Below are positions 17,958 to 28,737 of a stretch of DNA of 64,000 nucleotides, one piece after another (position 1 is the stretch's first letter; the number at the start of each line of letters is the position of its first letter). Origin of the DNA: Pelagomonas calceolata. Lineage: Eukaryota. Made by a program: the position numbers and the translations under genes. The stretch covers positions 1,612,001 to 1,676,000 of the forward strand of contig CAKKNE010000001.1 of NCBI GenBank assembly GCA_918797485.1, in the 5' to 3' direction. A model generated the notes under the pieces. That model did no database searches. It saw only the letters and a program-made list of their open reading frames with translations, and was not told the origin of the DNA.

Positions 17958-19994
17958 ATGGCCTCCATGCTCCGCGCGAAGCAGAAGCGCCAGGCCCAAT
18001 TACAAAAAGAACAAGACGACGTCGTCAAGGCCGCCGTCGTGGACCTCAAGGGCCACTGCCACCTCCCGACCATCCAAGATAAAAATGTTGTGCCCTCGAA
18101 CCGATTGCTGGGACGAGTCTACCGGAGGAAGCTCCACGAGGTGGTTTGTAGAAAGGACATGTTTCGCATCTGGAACGCGCTGGGTACGAGCATCGCGTCG
18201 ACGATGCTGCAGGGCAAGGGTGTTAGGTTTGACGGCGTGTTGGATCTGACGTTCGACATCGAGGGGCAGCCCATGTACAAGCTCGAGAAGGACCAGAACG
18301 TGATCCTGAAGACGTTTGGTTCGGGTCATCACGCGCTGTGGCGCGCGGCGCACGATTTCCTACCTGGCGACGGCGCGCCCGTGCTAGCGACCTTGCCTCT
18401 CGAAAGTGTAGCCCAATCACTCAATAGAAGACGGGAGGAACGTCGCAAGAAGAGACTCAGCGCGGGCGTGACGACGGACACGCTACAGTTGTCAAGACAT
18501 GGGATGGGGGGATTTGAACGGACCTCGTCCACCTTTGGCTCAGATACGATGTCAGGTACATTGAATCCGCCCAAAAAACAATTTGTGGTCAAAGCGCGAG
18601 ATCATGTCAAGGACTTGGACCGGGAAGTGGTACTATATGTGGTCAAATCGATCATGGCCGAGTTCATCCTCGCGTGCCGGGGGCCCGCGAAGGCCGTGGC
18701 GCTGACGCTGGAGCGGGTCGGGGAATTTGTGTATACGAGCCCCGAGGTCGAGGCGCCCCCCGGGACGACGCTCCCCGACGAGGATTCGCGTACCGTCGTC
18801 GTGCGCCACGAGGGGGGCAAGGTGATCACGTCCGTCAAGAGCGAGGGGCTCGGAGCGCGAGGCTTTCTAGCCGTGAGATTCCGGAGGGACTTCATCCAGT
18901 TATTACGAGAGCAGCACGCCGCGACGGTGATACGACGACCCATTAGTCGGTGGAGCGAGGCGCGGCGGCACGATAAGGTGACTGTACGTGAATTCTTAGA
19001 CCCCACGGTCATCATCCCCGGGAAGTTACTGGAAGCGCCGGGCTTCGAGGGCGAAAAGGGACCCTCGGAGGACGCGACGGCCACGCTCACGAAAATCCGC
19101 GAGGCCCTCGTGGCGAGGCAGAACAACCCTTACGCGTTGCACTACTTCGTGAAGCAACTGTCGACGATCGACGACGACGGGGCCTGGGATCCCGTCGAGA
19201 ACAAGTACGAGGTGTCGCTCGACGCGGACGAGCTCCGGTGGGGCCTGCGCGAATTCGGAGTCGAGGTCGAGCTCGAGGAGTGCCTGGCCGTGGTGGCCAT
19301 GTTCGACGCCGACGGGGGCGGGACGCTATCGGCCAAAGAGCTGATGGTTGGACTACGAGACAAGGAGATGTCGTCCCTGCGGAAAGCTCGAGTCGAGAAG
19401 AAGTGGGCGCAATTGAGGAGAGAGTGCGGTGTCATTGACGAGGACGAAGACATTCCCGTATCAAAATTGAAAAAACGGTTCAACCCCCACGGCGACCAGC
19501 GCGTCAAAGAGGGAAATGCCGAGTGGCCGCCTAGGGATGTGATGAACGCCTTCTTCGCAGTGTTGGACGATGAGGGCGACGGGACGGTAAGCCGGTCGGA
19601 GTTCTTCGAGCTCTACGAGAACTGCTCGGCGGCGGTCCCTTCAGATAAAGATTTTCTGAAGACCTTGGACGAGTACTGGCACCGGCCGCCGTCGTTCAAG
19701 AGCGTGGCGCAGGCGGCGCGGGCCGTGTCTCGTTCGTCACGCGTCCATGCGAAGCCTGTGAATGACCTTGAGAGGAAGCTGGACCGGGTGCTGGACGGCG
19801 CGCTCGGGATGACTGTTGATGAGGGGACGCTGGACGCGGTGTTAGATGAAGGCGTTCACAGGAAGGAGAACGCGCGGCCGTTTTCTCATCATCAGAATCG
19901 GGCTCCTGCGTCTCCCGAGCCGGACGTGGAGACGGACTGGATGAGTCCCGAGCCCGTCGCGAAGCGGGCGCCGCCGCTGCGGTCGGGGCGGTGA
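17958..19994 (+). CDS. Calcyphosin-like EF-hand protein with possible CCDC81-like N-terminal region
   Basis: EF-hand loops FDADGGGTLSAKEL and LDDEGDGTVSRSEF; calcyphosin-like SAAVPSDKDF...W tail; IWNALGTSIASTMLQGKGVRF resembles the CCDC81 HU-like domain. Confidence 0.7.
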   Translation: MASMLRAKQKRQAQLQKEQDDVVKAAVVDLKGHCHLPTIQDKNVVPSNRLLGRVYRRKLHEVVCRKDMFRIWNALGTSIASTMLQGKGVRFDGVLDLTFDIEGQPMYKLEKDQNVILKTFGSGHHALWRAAHDFLPGDGAPVLATLPLESVAQSLNRRREERRKKRLSAGVTTDTLQLSRHGMGGFERTSSTFGSDTMSGTLNPPKKQFVVKARDHVKDLDREVVLYVVKSIMAEFILACRGPAKAVALTLERVGEFVYTSPEVEAPPGTTLPDEDSRTVVVRHEGGKVITSVKSEGLGARGFLAVRFRRDFIQLLREQHAATVIRRPISRWSEARRHDKVTVREFLDPTVIIPGKLLEAPGFEGEKGPSEDATATLTKIREALVARQNNPYALHYFVKQLSTIDDDGAWDPVENKYEVSLDADELRWGLREFGVEVELEECLAVVAMFDADGGGTLSAKELMVGLRDKEMSSLRKARVEKKWAQLRRECGVIDEDEDIPVSKLKKRFNPHGDQRVKEGNAEWPPRDVMNAFFAVLDDEGDGTVSRSEFFELYENCSAAVPSDKDFLKTLDEYWHRPPSFKSVAQAARAVSRSSRVHAKPVNDLERKLDRVLDGALGMTVDEGTLDAVLDEGVHRKENARPFSHHQNRAPASPEPDVETDWMSPEPVAKRAPPLRSGR

Positions 19995-20304
19995 CTTGCT
20001 TCGCTGCGTAATACGTATGGCGTCTAGAACCTAACCTACGGGGGCGTCATCCTTCGAACACACTTTGTCGAACCCACACTGGCAAGGACTTCGAGCCGCG
20101 ACGCCAAGTCGCGGTGCCGCTATGGGATTATTTCTCCGCCAGGGACGGCGAGAGCCACGCAGGGTCTTCTACGGAGTCGGACGCGGCGTAACTAGCCATG
20201 GCGACGGCCTACAAGCTCGTGACTTTTTGAACAACTAGTGTAAAGACACACTTAATTTCTCCTACCGTCGAATCGGCTTGTGGCAGCGCCACAGGGCTCC
20301 GGCC

Positions 20305-21751
20305 ATGGCGAAAGGCTCGGCATTGGTGACGGTCGGGCTCGCCGTGGGCGCGGCATGGTACCTGACGAATGTGGCCTTCCCAGGTGAGTCCTCCCAACCC
20401 ACAGCCCAGTTCGCTGACGCCTCGCGGCCGCGCCTCTCGGCCGCTCCGGGGCGCCGTAAAGCTGCCAAGACGCCGCCGCAGCGTTGCTCCGGAACGCGTC
20501 ATGACACCTGGCTCCTGCAAAACACACCAAAGAGAGAGCGCGCCGCCTTGCCGCGAAAACCGCAAAACGCCGCCCCCCCATATAAAAGCAAAACACCCAA
20601 AACGCGCGCACGCCGACGCCGCCGCGACAAACGCAGGCAAGTTCGGCGCCAAGGAGGAGGCCATGAGCAGCGAAGAGATCTTGGCGCGCTACGACAACTA
20701 CTACAGCGGCGCGACGGACTGGGACACGGCGCAACAGCCCGCGCACGACGAGCACAACAACGCGGCTGCTGCTGAGAGATATTTCACCTTAATCACGGAC
20801 TTCTTCGAGTACGGCTGGGGCGACGCCTTCCACATGGCTCCGCTGCGGCCCGACTGGTCCTTCAAGCGGTCGATGGCGTATTGGGAGCAGAATTTCGTGC
20901 TCACGGCGGGCATTCAACGGGACATGAAAGTAGCAGACTTAGGCATGGGCATCGGCGGTCCCATGAGAAGAGTGGTCGAATTTACGGGCGCCAACATGAC
21001 GGGCGTCACGATCTGCCAGCACCAGGTGAACCGCGCGAACCAGATCACGTCTACGCTGCCGGAATACATCCAGGACCGGACCGAGTACCTGGTCGGGGAC
21101 TACAACGACCTCCCTTCGTCCATGAAGCCTTCTTCCTATGATGCGGCTTACTTTATGGAGAGTCTCTCGCATTCCGAGGACCGAGCTATTCCTCTGGCGC
21201 AAGCGGCGAAAATCGTCAAGCCCGGCGGCATCGTCGCCGGCTGGCAGTGGATGCTGAAGCCGGCATTCGACTACGACAATCCTCGCCACATGGATTTGAA
21301 AAGAGGCATGGAGTACGGAGGCGGTCTCAGGAATTTGAACAAGCCCGACGCGCGCCACGAGGAGTACAAACGGGCCGGTCTGGAAGTACTACAGTCGTAC
21401 GACATGGGCACCGACGCCATAGAAAGGGGCCACCTCGGCTGGTGGAAAGCCTTGACGACCGGTGTTGATTTGCCTTCAAGATTAACGTCGTCCCACTGGG
21501 GCCGCAAGCTCACGATGGGCACGGTGAAAATCCTGGAGACGATCGGTGTCGCGGAGCCCGGCACTCTAAGAACCGCGCTCATGTTGGAACACTGCGGCTT
21601 CTCGGCGGCCACGGCGGGCGAGCTGGGCATCTTCACGCCGGCCTGGGTGACGATCGCGCGCGTCCCTACGAACAAGAACGACAAGGAGCATCAGAAACGC
21701 ATCGAGGGCCTCCAGGCGACGATCGACCTCGCGCTCAAGGCGAAGAAGTAG
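20305..21751 (+). CDS. SMT1: Sterol 24-C-methyltransferase (2 exons: 20305-20383, 20637-21751)
   Basis: TDFFEYGWGDAFHMAP, DLGMGIGGPMR, MESLSHS, VKPGG, GELGIFTP. Intron 20384-20636 (GTGAGT..CGCAG) joins an N-terminal membrane anchor exon in frame. Confidence 0.9.
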
Positions 21752-22152
21752 CCGGTGCTCCCTTCCCTCTCTCTCCCCGCTTTGATAGCGTGCGGGGACT
21801 AATTGATATTTACCGGGATCTCTTCTAGGGTGGCTTTGCGCGTCTACCGCTGGTAACTAACAGCGAGAGAAACGCCCGACCCTTCTCCGGTATACCGTTC
21901 CCTCTACTATCGATGCTTCCGGGCCCTTCATTGTTACGATGCCATGCTAGCGTCGTATGCATACTAGACCCAACCTTTGTCATCTGGCCATAGTGCTGCC
22001 AAATCACCGTCAGGGGAGCCTGATATCGAGCGCAGCGTTTATATCGAGGAGCGTTTACTCGCGCAGCAGTCGAGCTGCACACGTAGCGCGCACTGTCACG
22101 CGCAGCGAGCGCGGATTCCTACTGCATTGCAGCCAGGCACAGCAGCAACGAG

Positions 22153-23910
22153 ATGGCGCCCAGGCGCCCTACCTGCGTAGGCATGGAGTTTGGTGTCGGC
22201 CCGCCTCCAGCCACCCTCCCCAGGCACCCCCCTCCAGGCGCTTTTATGGGGTCGCGCGAAGGCGAAACGTGGGGGTCGTGGTGGCGGGAGACGGCCGTCT
22301 ACCGGTGGTGCGCGTGGGCCTACGATTACGCCGCGGCGGCTTGGTTCTGGGCCGCGCTCCCCTTCCAGCTCCTGGCGCAGGTGTGCATCACCCACGCAAT
22401 AAGGAAGCTGGGCCCGCAGGCCGGCGCGAAGTGGCTCGTCCGCGGCGCGCGCCTCGGCTGCGGCTCGTGGCTGGGCTGGCGCGGTGTCGTCGTGCTCTAC
22501 CAGTTTTTCGTAGTATACGTCGGGTGCCTTGAATTGCGATGGTACTGGATCCCGCCCATGCTCTCCTACGTGGCCTTCGTGAACGGCTGGCCCATGCTCG
22601 TCATGTACAATATCAGGTTAATGACGTCGGAGGAAAAGAATTGGGACGAGGACTCTGTTGATAGTCGGGCGGCCGCGGGCTTCGCGCCGGAGGCGTTGTT
22701 GGAACACGGCCTCGCGCCCGTCCTCCAACTTTATTTGACTGGCCACGCGTGCGGACGCAGCGGCCTCCAGGAGGCGATGCGCACGGCACACCACCTCGCG
22801 ATACCAAAAACCGTGGAATACGACTACACGGCCGCGTGTTTGATAATGGCGGAAGCGGGCGTCGTCGAGGCGCTGCGGCACATCCACGACACCGCGACGA
22901 TCTGGGTGCGGCAGCAGCACGCGCGCCTCACGCTCAACGCCATCGAGAGCGCGACGAACTCGGCGCTCGGCCGGCGGCTGCGCCGCGAGCGGGACCAGCA
23001 GGCCGCCGAGCGCCCAGCCGCGAGGGCGGGGACGAGCCGCGGCGCCGACGCGAGGCGAGCGGCCGAGGACGACCTCGCGCGCCAGGAAGCAGCGGCCGCG
23101 CGGGCGGCTGCCTCGCTCCTGGCCGAGGAGGAAAACAATGCCAAAAAGAAGAAGCCTGCGCCTCAGAAGAAGGGCAAGAAAAAGAAAGGACCACCCGGCC
23201 GGACGCGCGGTGCGACCCGGGCCGCGCCGGCGCCGGCTCCCGCGCCTGCTCCTGTGCCACCGCCGCGGGCCGAGCCGACGCCGGCACCCGCTCCTGCGCC
23301 GTCGCCGCGGGCCGCGCCGACGCCCGCGCCGGCTCCCGCGCCGTCGCCGCGCCTTGAGCCAACGCCGGCGCCGGCTCCCGCGCCGCGCGCCGAGCCGCCG
23401 CGGAAGGCGAAGGCCGAGGCTCCAGCGGTGACCGTGAAGCCGCCCGTCCCGACACCGGCGCCTGCGCCACGAGCGCCGCCGGGCCTGCGCGCCAAAGCGG
23501 CGCCGGCCGCGACCGAGGCCGAGGCGGCGATGCGTTCGTTCGTGCGGGAGCTCGGCCTGTCCGAGGACCACGCGCCCTGGCTCCTCACGGAAAGCTGCCA
23601 GAGCCCGGAGCAGCTCAAGCACGTGTCGATCGAGGCGATGGTGCGCCTGGGTCTGCCGCCGCGCGCCGCCGCGACGATCCGCGCTGCCGTCGGCGCACCG
23701 CCGCCCGAGGAATACTTCTGCTCGATCAGCTGCGAGCTTATGGTCGACCCGTGCTTTGCTGCAGACGGTCATAGTTATGAACGCGCGAACATCACGGCGT
23801 GGCTCGCTTCACATGATACGTCGCCGCTCACGAACGAGGCGCTGCCGCACAAGATGGTCGTCCCGAACCACGCCTTGAAGGCGCTGATATGGGGGTTCCG
23901 GGACCCTTGA
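22153..23910 (+). CDS. Membrane-associated U-box E3 ligase-like protein
   Basis: Hydrophobic N-terminus, PAPAP repeats, SAM-like segment, C-terminal U-box PEEYFCSISCELMVDPCFAADGHSYERANITAWL...SPLTNE...PNHALK. Confidence 0.8.
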   Translation: MAPRRPTCVGMEFGVGPPPATLPRHPPPGAFMGSREGETWGSWWRETAVYRWCAWAYDYAAAAWFWAALPFQLLAQVCITHAIRKLGPQAGAKWLVRGARLGCGSWLGWRGVVVLYQFFVVYVGCLELRWYWIPPMLSYVAFVNGWPMLVMYNIRLMTSEEKNWDEDSVDSRAAAGFAPEALLEHGLAPVLQLYLTGHACGRSGLQEAMRTAHHLAIPKTVEYDYTAACLIMAEAGVVEALRHIHDTATIWVRQQHARLTLNAIESATNSALGRRLRRERDQQAAERPAARAGTSRGADARRAAEDDLARQEAAAARAAASLLAEEENNAKKKKPAPQKKGKKKKGPPGRTRGATRAAPAPAPAPAPVPPPRAEPTPAPAPAPSPRAAPTPAPAPAPSPRLEPTPAPAPAPRAEPPRKAKAEAPAVTVKPPVPTPAPAPRAPPGLRAKAAPAATEAEAAMRSFVRELGLSEDHAPWLLTESCQSPEQLKHVSIEAMVRLGLPPRAAATIRAAVGAPPPEEYFCSISCELMVDPCFAADGHSYERANITAWLASHDTSPLTNEALPHKMVVPNHALKALIWGFRDP

Positions 23911-24160
23911 CGCGCTGTTGTCTTAATATATCTTGTGCCCGATCCCTAGCGGCCTTAAACACACTAGCATCGAGCAGAAAAAAACAAGGACGGCGGGCAG
24001 CGGTTTACAGCCTACCCTCGCACCATTGAGCTTTGCACGACGTCGTTGCGCGTCGTTAGCAGCCTCCACAAGTGACGTCGCGACAGCGCGGCATCGATAG
24101 CTCGCTGCTGCGGAGCTTAGCGTGAAAACTGCGCGGCGGATTCGGCCCAATTGCTCCACG

Positions 24161-24967
24161 ATGACGGACGTAGAGAAGAAGGTCGACATGTCGCTCGACG
24201 AGCTGGTGGCGATGCGCCAGAAGGAGGCCAAGAAGAAGGCGAGTCCTACACTATCGATACGACCCCACTCACCCGTCACCGTCCGCAGGCGAAGAAGCCC
24301 GCCAAGAAGGCGACGGCCCGCGGCGCCGCGAAGACGGCATCCAAGAAGGGTAAGCCGACGAGAAAAGCAGTCGCCGCGGCGGCCAGCAAGATGAACCGCC
24401 AGCAGAAGATGAACGCTCGCAGAGGCATCGGCGGCCCCAAGCTCTCGCAGAACGAGATCCAGAAGCGCGCAAGCAAGGCGACGAAGAAGAAGGGTGCCAA
24501 GGTCACGCTCAAGGGCCGCGGCGCGAAGGTTAAGAAGCCGGCGTTCAAGCCTGCTGGCAAGGCCAAGGCCCCGGTGCAGCCGAAGAGCTTTACTATCGAG
24601 CCGAACAAAGGTGATAGACCTGTTTCTATCAAAGACTTCGTGCTGTGAGCGGCCGCGTCGCTCGCTGCCTTCGATTTGAACGCAGGACATCGCGTCGATG
24701 GCGTGGTGGGTATCGACGCCGTATCCGCGCAGGCCCAAGGGCACTAAGATGCAGATCAGCTTCAAGAAGGTCAAGCCCGCCGCGAAAGGATCCAAAGCCA
24801 AAGCTCCGGTCAAGAAGAAGGCCGTCGCCAAGCGCAAGGCGCCCGCGAAGAAGACGGCGCCTACCCGTAAAGCGCCCGCACGCAAGGCTTCCGCCAAGAA
24901 GCCAACCGCCAAGAAGATCCAGGTAAACGTCGGCGCCAAGAAACGGCCGCAAAGGAAGAAGAAGTAG
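24161..24967 (+). CDS. Lys/Ala-rich nuclear protein with N-terminal UAP56-binding-like motif (3 exons: 24161-24238, 24289-24644, 24733-24967)
   Basis: KVDMSLDELV resembles the ALYREF/Yra1/FYTT motif. A GC-AG intron (24239-24288) and a GT-AG intron (24645-24732) join three ORF pieces in frame. Confidence 0.7.
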
Positions 24968-25045
24968 ATGCGGTGGCGTAAGTGGCTCAGATTTTACCCG
25001 GCGTACTCAACGTATCATACGATGCTTAAGAACCGGGGAGAGAAC

Positions 25046-28000
25046 CTAGCCGCCGCGCGCCGCCCTCCTTTCAGCTCTCTTCACGGCGAGCCACTCCTCG
25101 ATGCGCTTCTTGAGGTCCGGCAGCGGCTCGAGGTCGGCCGGCTCCAATGGCTGCCGCGAGAACGGGTCCGACAGCTCATTTAGTAAATGTTGACGGATCG
25201 TACTATCGTCCACCACATTGCCAGAAGGTAGCTTGACCGGTGATTTCATGAGTTCCGCCGTCAGAGGGTCCACGAACTCCTCGGGGGCTTCGTTCTCGAG
25301 GCCGTCATCTAATGATAGCGCCTCCCGAGCGACACCGGCGGCCTTGGCCAGGGAATCCAGGGCGTCGAGCTGCGAAGAACTGAGAGCACCTAATCGACGC
25401 AGGGTCTGGGCGCACCTAGGTAATAACTCGACATCATAATACCCCGACTCGGCCAACGCCCCGGGGAACTCCGGTTCCGCAGCAAAACAGCACGCGATGC
25501 GACCGACTCGGCTCAGGATGTCCTTCGGATCGAAGCCGTACGCATCTGGATTCGAGATTTTGATGTCCAACGAGCGTTTCCCGGTGAACTGCCGAACGAC
25601 ACTAAGCAACATGCCCGCCAAGCGACTACGTAATTCTTCGCCCATGAAGGCCTTCGCTACTGCGGTATCACCGGTAAGCATCTCGACCAACGAAAGGATC
25701 TCCGTACACAATTCCAAGTCTTGCTTGAGGTGCTGCTCATGTTCACTGTGTCTCGAGTCCAATTCCTCCCGCCGCGTGTCGTTGGCCGACTCGTACTCCG
25801 CTCTTAATCTTCGGAATTCGTCGGAAGACGCATCTAATAGTCCAGTCCTCACTTGATGGTTCCGGATCTCCGGCAGCCGCTCGATGGCTCCGGCCACGAG
25901 CTTGTTCGTCTCGTTCAACAGCCCGTTCGCGAACGTGACAAAGGCTCGCACGTCGGCCACGATGGTCCTAAAGGCCGCTCGGTGCACCGGCGCGTCCCAG
26001 AGGTGTTTGATCAGCGCCGCAATCCTCAATCTCTGGTCCGCGATCTGATAGATGTCGCCAATGTGCTCCGCGTCGCCGAACAACCAGAGGATGGCCGGAC
26101 ACAACTTCGCGGCTATTTCCGGAGACGCGTTGGCCAACAACTCGACGTTGCCCGGGTTTTCTTGCAAGGGCTGTCTATACAGCGCCAGCTCCGTGTACGT
26201 CTTGCCTTTTGCACTTACAGGTAAGAATAGATCATATAAAGCCTTGCCGAGTTTTTCTCGCGCATGTGGGCTTTTGACCAGTGTATCAGTAGCCCCGAGA
26301 CACCGCGCACACAACTTCAGCAAATCCGGCGACGGCTTCGATCTTCTCAAGGTGTCGGGCTTCATGGAGTTCAGCTCACAAGGTATGGTACAAGCGTCCT
26401 CCAGGAGAAACTCCGGGCACCTCCGCAAATCATCATCGGACAACCGCAGCAACCACCGACATTGACACGCGGAGAACGCCTGCAGATCATCTACAACACT
26501 ATCGGAAGCGAGCGCCGCTTCTCTCGCGACGACCTCCGCCAGAGAAGCTCGCGTCATGTCGTGGTCCCACCCCCCGACGGCCGCGGCGACCCGATGCGGC
26601 CGCTGGTCCATGCCGTACGTTTGATGGAGTTCCGCCGCGACGCCCAGCGTCACCGCTCTAGAAGCTAGAAAGAAGCACCGCGTCACAAAATGAAAATCCT
26701 GCGTCGGCGTCGTGGAGAGCTCGAGGGCGGCCTTGAGCTCGGCGTCGCCGTCGTCGTCGTACATCTCCTGGTCGCTGTCGACGTCCATCGGTGCTGTTGA
26801 AGGCATAGGTGCCACGTTGACGCACGTCAGATCGTCCGGGTACGCGGCCTTGCCCAGATCGGACTTGAGGTAGTCCAGGGACGCTTGGGCGTTGGCTTCC
26901 TTTTTCTCGTCGCCTAGAAAAGGTCTGCAGAGTCTCAACCAGGCCGCGCAGGCTCCCAATCGCGTCGCCGGCGTCGCGTGGGCGTGCCGGCCCGGTTTCG
27001 AGCGATTTAACAAAGCCGTGAGCCACTGCAACGTGGTTTCCCTCGATTGAGGACCGTTTCTCACCAATCCTTCTATTAGTGAAGAAATGGCTTCTCGGCA
27101 CACAGACACGCGTTGTGTGAGTTCGCGAGTGGCCGACGGCACGTCCTGGGGCCTCCGTACCCGTTGCATGAGTTCTCGCAACCCGCGAGCTTGGGTTTGC
27201 ATGTCGACGTCGTTCCGGTACGAAGCGCCACCGGACACCCGCAACAGCAACCCGAGCAAACAAGTTCTTTCCAAAGGCAATCCTCTATTAACGCTTCGCT
27301 GAACACCTCGTAACATGGCCCCCCACTGGGCCGCCTGGTCCTGCGCCATGCCGGCTTGCCCTAACAACGCCGCGAAGTTGTTGTCTTGTTCGTCCGGGGG
27401 CTGGGGGTCGCCACCGCTTGGCCTTTCCAATGGGGGTACCTGGAAGGCCTCGTGCTCGACTAATGCGGCACCCGCGACCTTCTTTCCCGCACATCTGAGC
27501 CACGTATTGAGAGCACCACAAACTCTATCAACATCAATCTCCGTCGCGGTCGCTGGCTTCAGTTCCTCGCAGCACTGGTCAACTAACGGTTTGGCGACGT
27601 CCTTGAGGAGCTCCGGAGACACCTTGGCCAGCGCGCCCTGCAGGAACTCGGGCCGTAGTTGTGGCACCTTGCCGAGGAGTGCTGACGCTAATGTATCTCG
27701 TGCCTTCTCCGAGGCCTTGCCGAGGGCGCCGGGCCGCACTAAGCACACAGACGCTAAACTTGCAGCGGTGTTCCCGCAGATTTGAACCGCTTTCTCGCAC
27801 GTCTCATCAGAACGGCTCCGCGCCGTCCGCGCCTCGTCCCGGCATCTCACGAAGATCTCGTGTAGTAATTGTAAAGCATCTTCCCCACTTTTCGCTCGTT
27901 GGAGTCGTAAGGCTACGACGGCGCCGCAACTCTTCTCGTCCAAGGCGCCATTCACCTCCGCTTTCGTGACCTCGAAGATCTCTCCGCCACTCTTGGGCGG

Positions 28001-28273
28001 CCCTTCAACGATATTGCACCGCAACACGCGTCGCAGCGCGCGATCGACGGGGATCGTCTTCTTCGTCGGTGTCGGCGACGCGACGGGCGAAGTCTGGGCC
28101 GGGCGCTTCTGCCCCGAGCTCGAGGCCGGCCGCGCGGATGACGGAGGCGACGCGCGGGCGCTCGGCGGCGGCGACGCGACCGGTGGCGGGGCTTGGCCGT
28201 CGGTGGACGGCGGCGACGCGTTCAGCCGCGCCGATCTGCGCCGTCGCACTTCCTCGGGGTCGTCGGGGTTCAT
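25046..28273 (-). CDS. UFD2: Ubiquitin conjugation factor E4 (Ufd2/UBE4)
   Basis: FHFVTRCFFLA, PEFLLED, KSPHAREKL, RLAGML, NPDAYGFDPK and C-terminal U-box PEEFVDPLTAELMKSPVKLPSG...DPFSRQPL. Confidence 0.92.
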   Translation of the reverse strand: MNPDDPEEVRRRRSARLNASPPSTDGQAPPPVASPPPSARASPPSSARPASSSGQKRPAQTSPVASPTPTKKTIPVDRALRRVLRCNIVEGPPKSGGEIFEVTKAEVNGALDEKSCGAVVALRLQRAKSGEDALQLLHEIFVRCRDEARTARSRSDETCEKAVQICGNTAASLASVCLVRPGALGKASEKARDTLASALLGKVPQLRPEFLQGALAKVSPELLKDVAKPLVDQCCEELKPATATEIDVDRVCGALNTWLRCAGKKVAGAALVEHEAFQVPPLERPSGGDPQPPDEQDNNFAALLGQAGMAQDQAAQWGAMLRGVQRSVNRGLPLERTCLLGLLLRVSGGASYRNDVDMQTQARGLRELMQRVRRPQDVPSATRELTQRVSVCREAISSLIEGLVRNGPQSRETTLQWLTALLNRSKPGRHAHATPATRLGACAAWLRLCRPFLGDEKKEANAQASLDYLKSDLGKAAYPDDLTCVNVAPMPSTAPMDVDSDQEMYDDDGDAELKAALELSTTPTQDFHFVTRCFFLASRAVTLGVAAELHQTYGMDQRPHRVAAAVGGWDHDMTRASLAEVVAREAALASDSVVDDLQAFSACQCRWLLRLSDDDLRRCPEFLLEDACTIPCELNSMKPDTLRRSKPSPDLLKLCARCLGATDTLVKSPHAREKLGKALYDLFLPVSAKGKTYTELALYRQPLQENPGNVELLANASPEIAAKLCPAILWLFGDAEHIGDIYQIADQRLRIAALIKHLWDAPVHRAAFRTIVADVRAFVTFANGLLNETNKLVAGAIERLPEIRNHQVRTGLLDASSDEFRRLRAEYESANDTRREELDSRHSEHEQHLKQDLELCTEILSLVEMLTGDTAVAKAFMGEELRSRLAGMLLSVVRQFTGKRSLDIKISNPDAYGFDPKDILSRVGRIACCFAAEPEFPGALAESGYYDVELLPRCAQTLRRLGALSSSQLDALDSLAKAAGVAREALSLDDGLENEAPEEFVDPLTAELMKSPVKLPSGNVVDDSTIRQHLLNELSDPFSRQPLEPADLEPLPDLKKRIEEWLAVKRAERRAARGG

Positions 28274-28737
28274 CGTTCTTTGCCTCTTAAACGGCCAAAT
28301 GGTTCTGTGGGCCTTGGAGCGGCCTCTCAGCTGCTGTGGGCCAAATGGTGCTGTGGGCCTCTCTGTGAGTCAAAAGGCTCTGCGCTAGCCGGATTTCCTC
28401 GGCGCTGCTACCACTGTTAGTTTGGGTGGAGTGGGCGCTGCGGCGGCTCGAAGCGGTGCCAGGTAGGCCACAAATCGAGTGCTTTGCGAGGAGGCGCGAC
28501 GAAGCCTGCTTTGGAGAACTAGTGTGTCGATGACGCTAGCTCGGCACCCGTTTTGAACGCTAGCGCCGCGCGCGCGTGCGCGCTGGGACCTCTGGGCCTA
28601 GCAGTACCCCGCAAAGACCACACACGCATCCGGACGTGAAGTCAGACTGGTTTCCAATTGACGGACGGACGGACGTCGGACGCCACGGAATCGACGCCGT
28701 CGTCGCCCCCCCCACAACAGAAACTAAACCCAACCTC

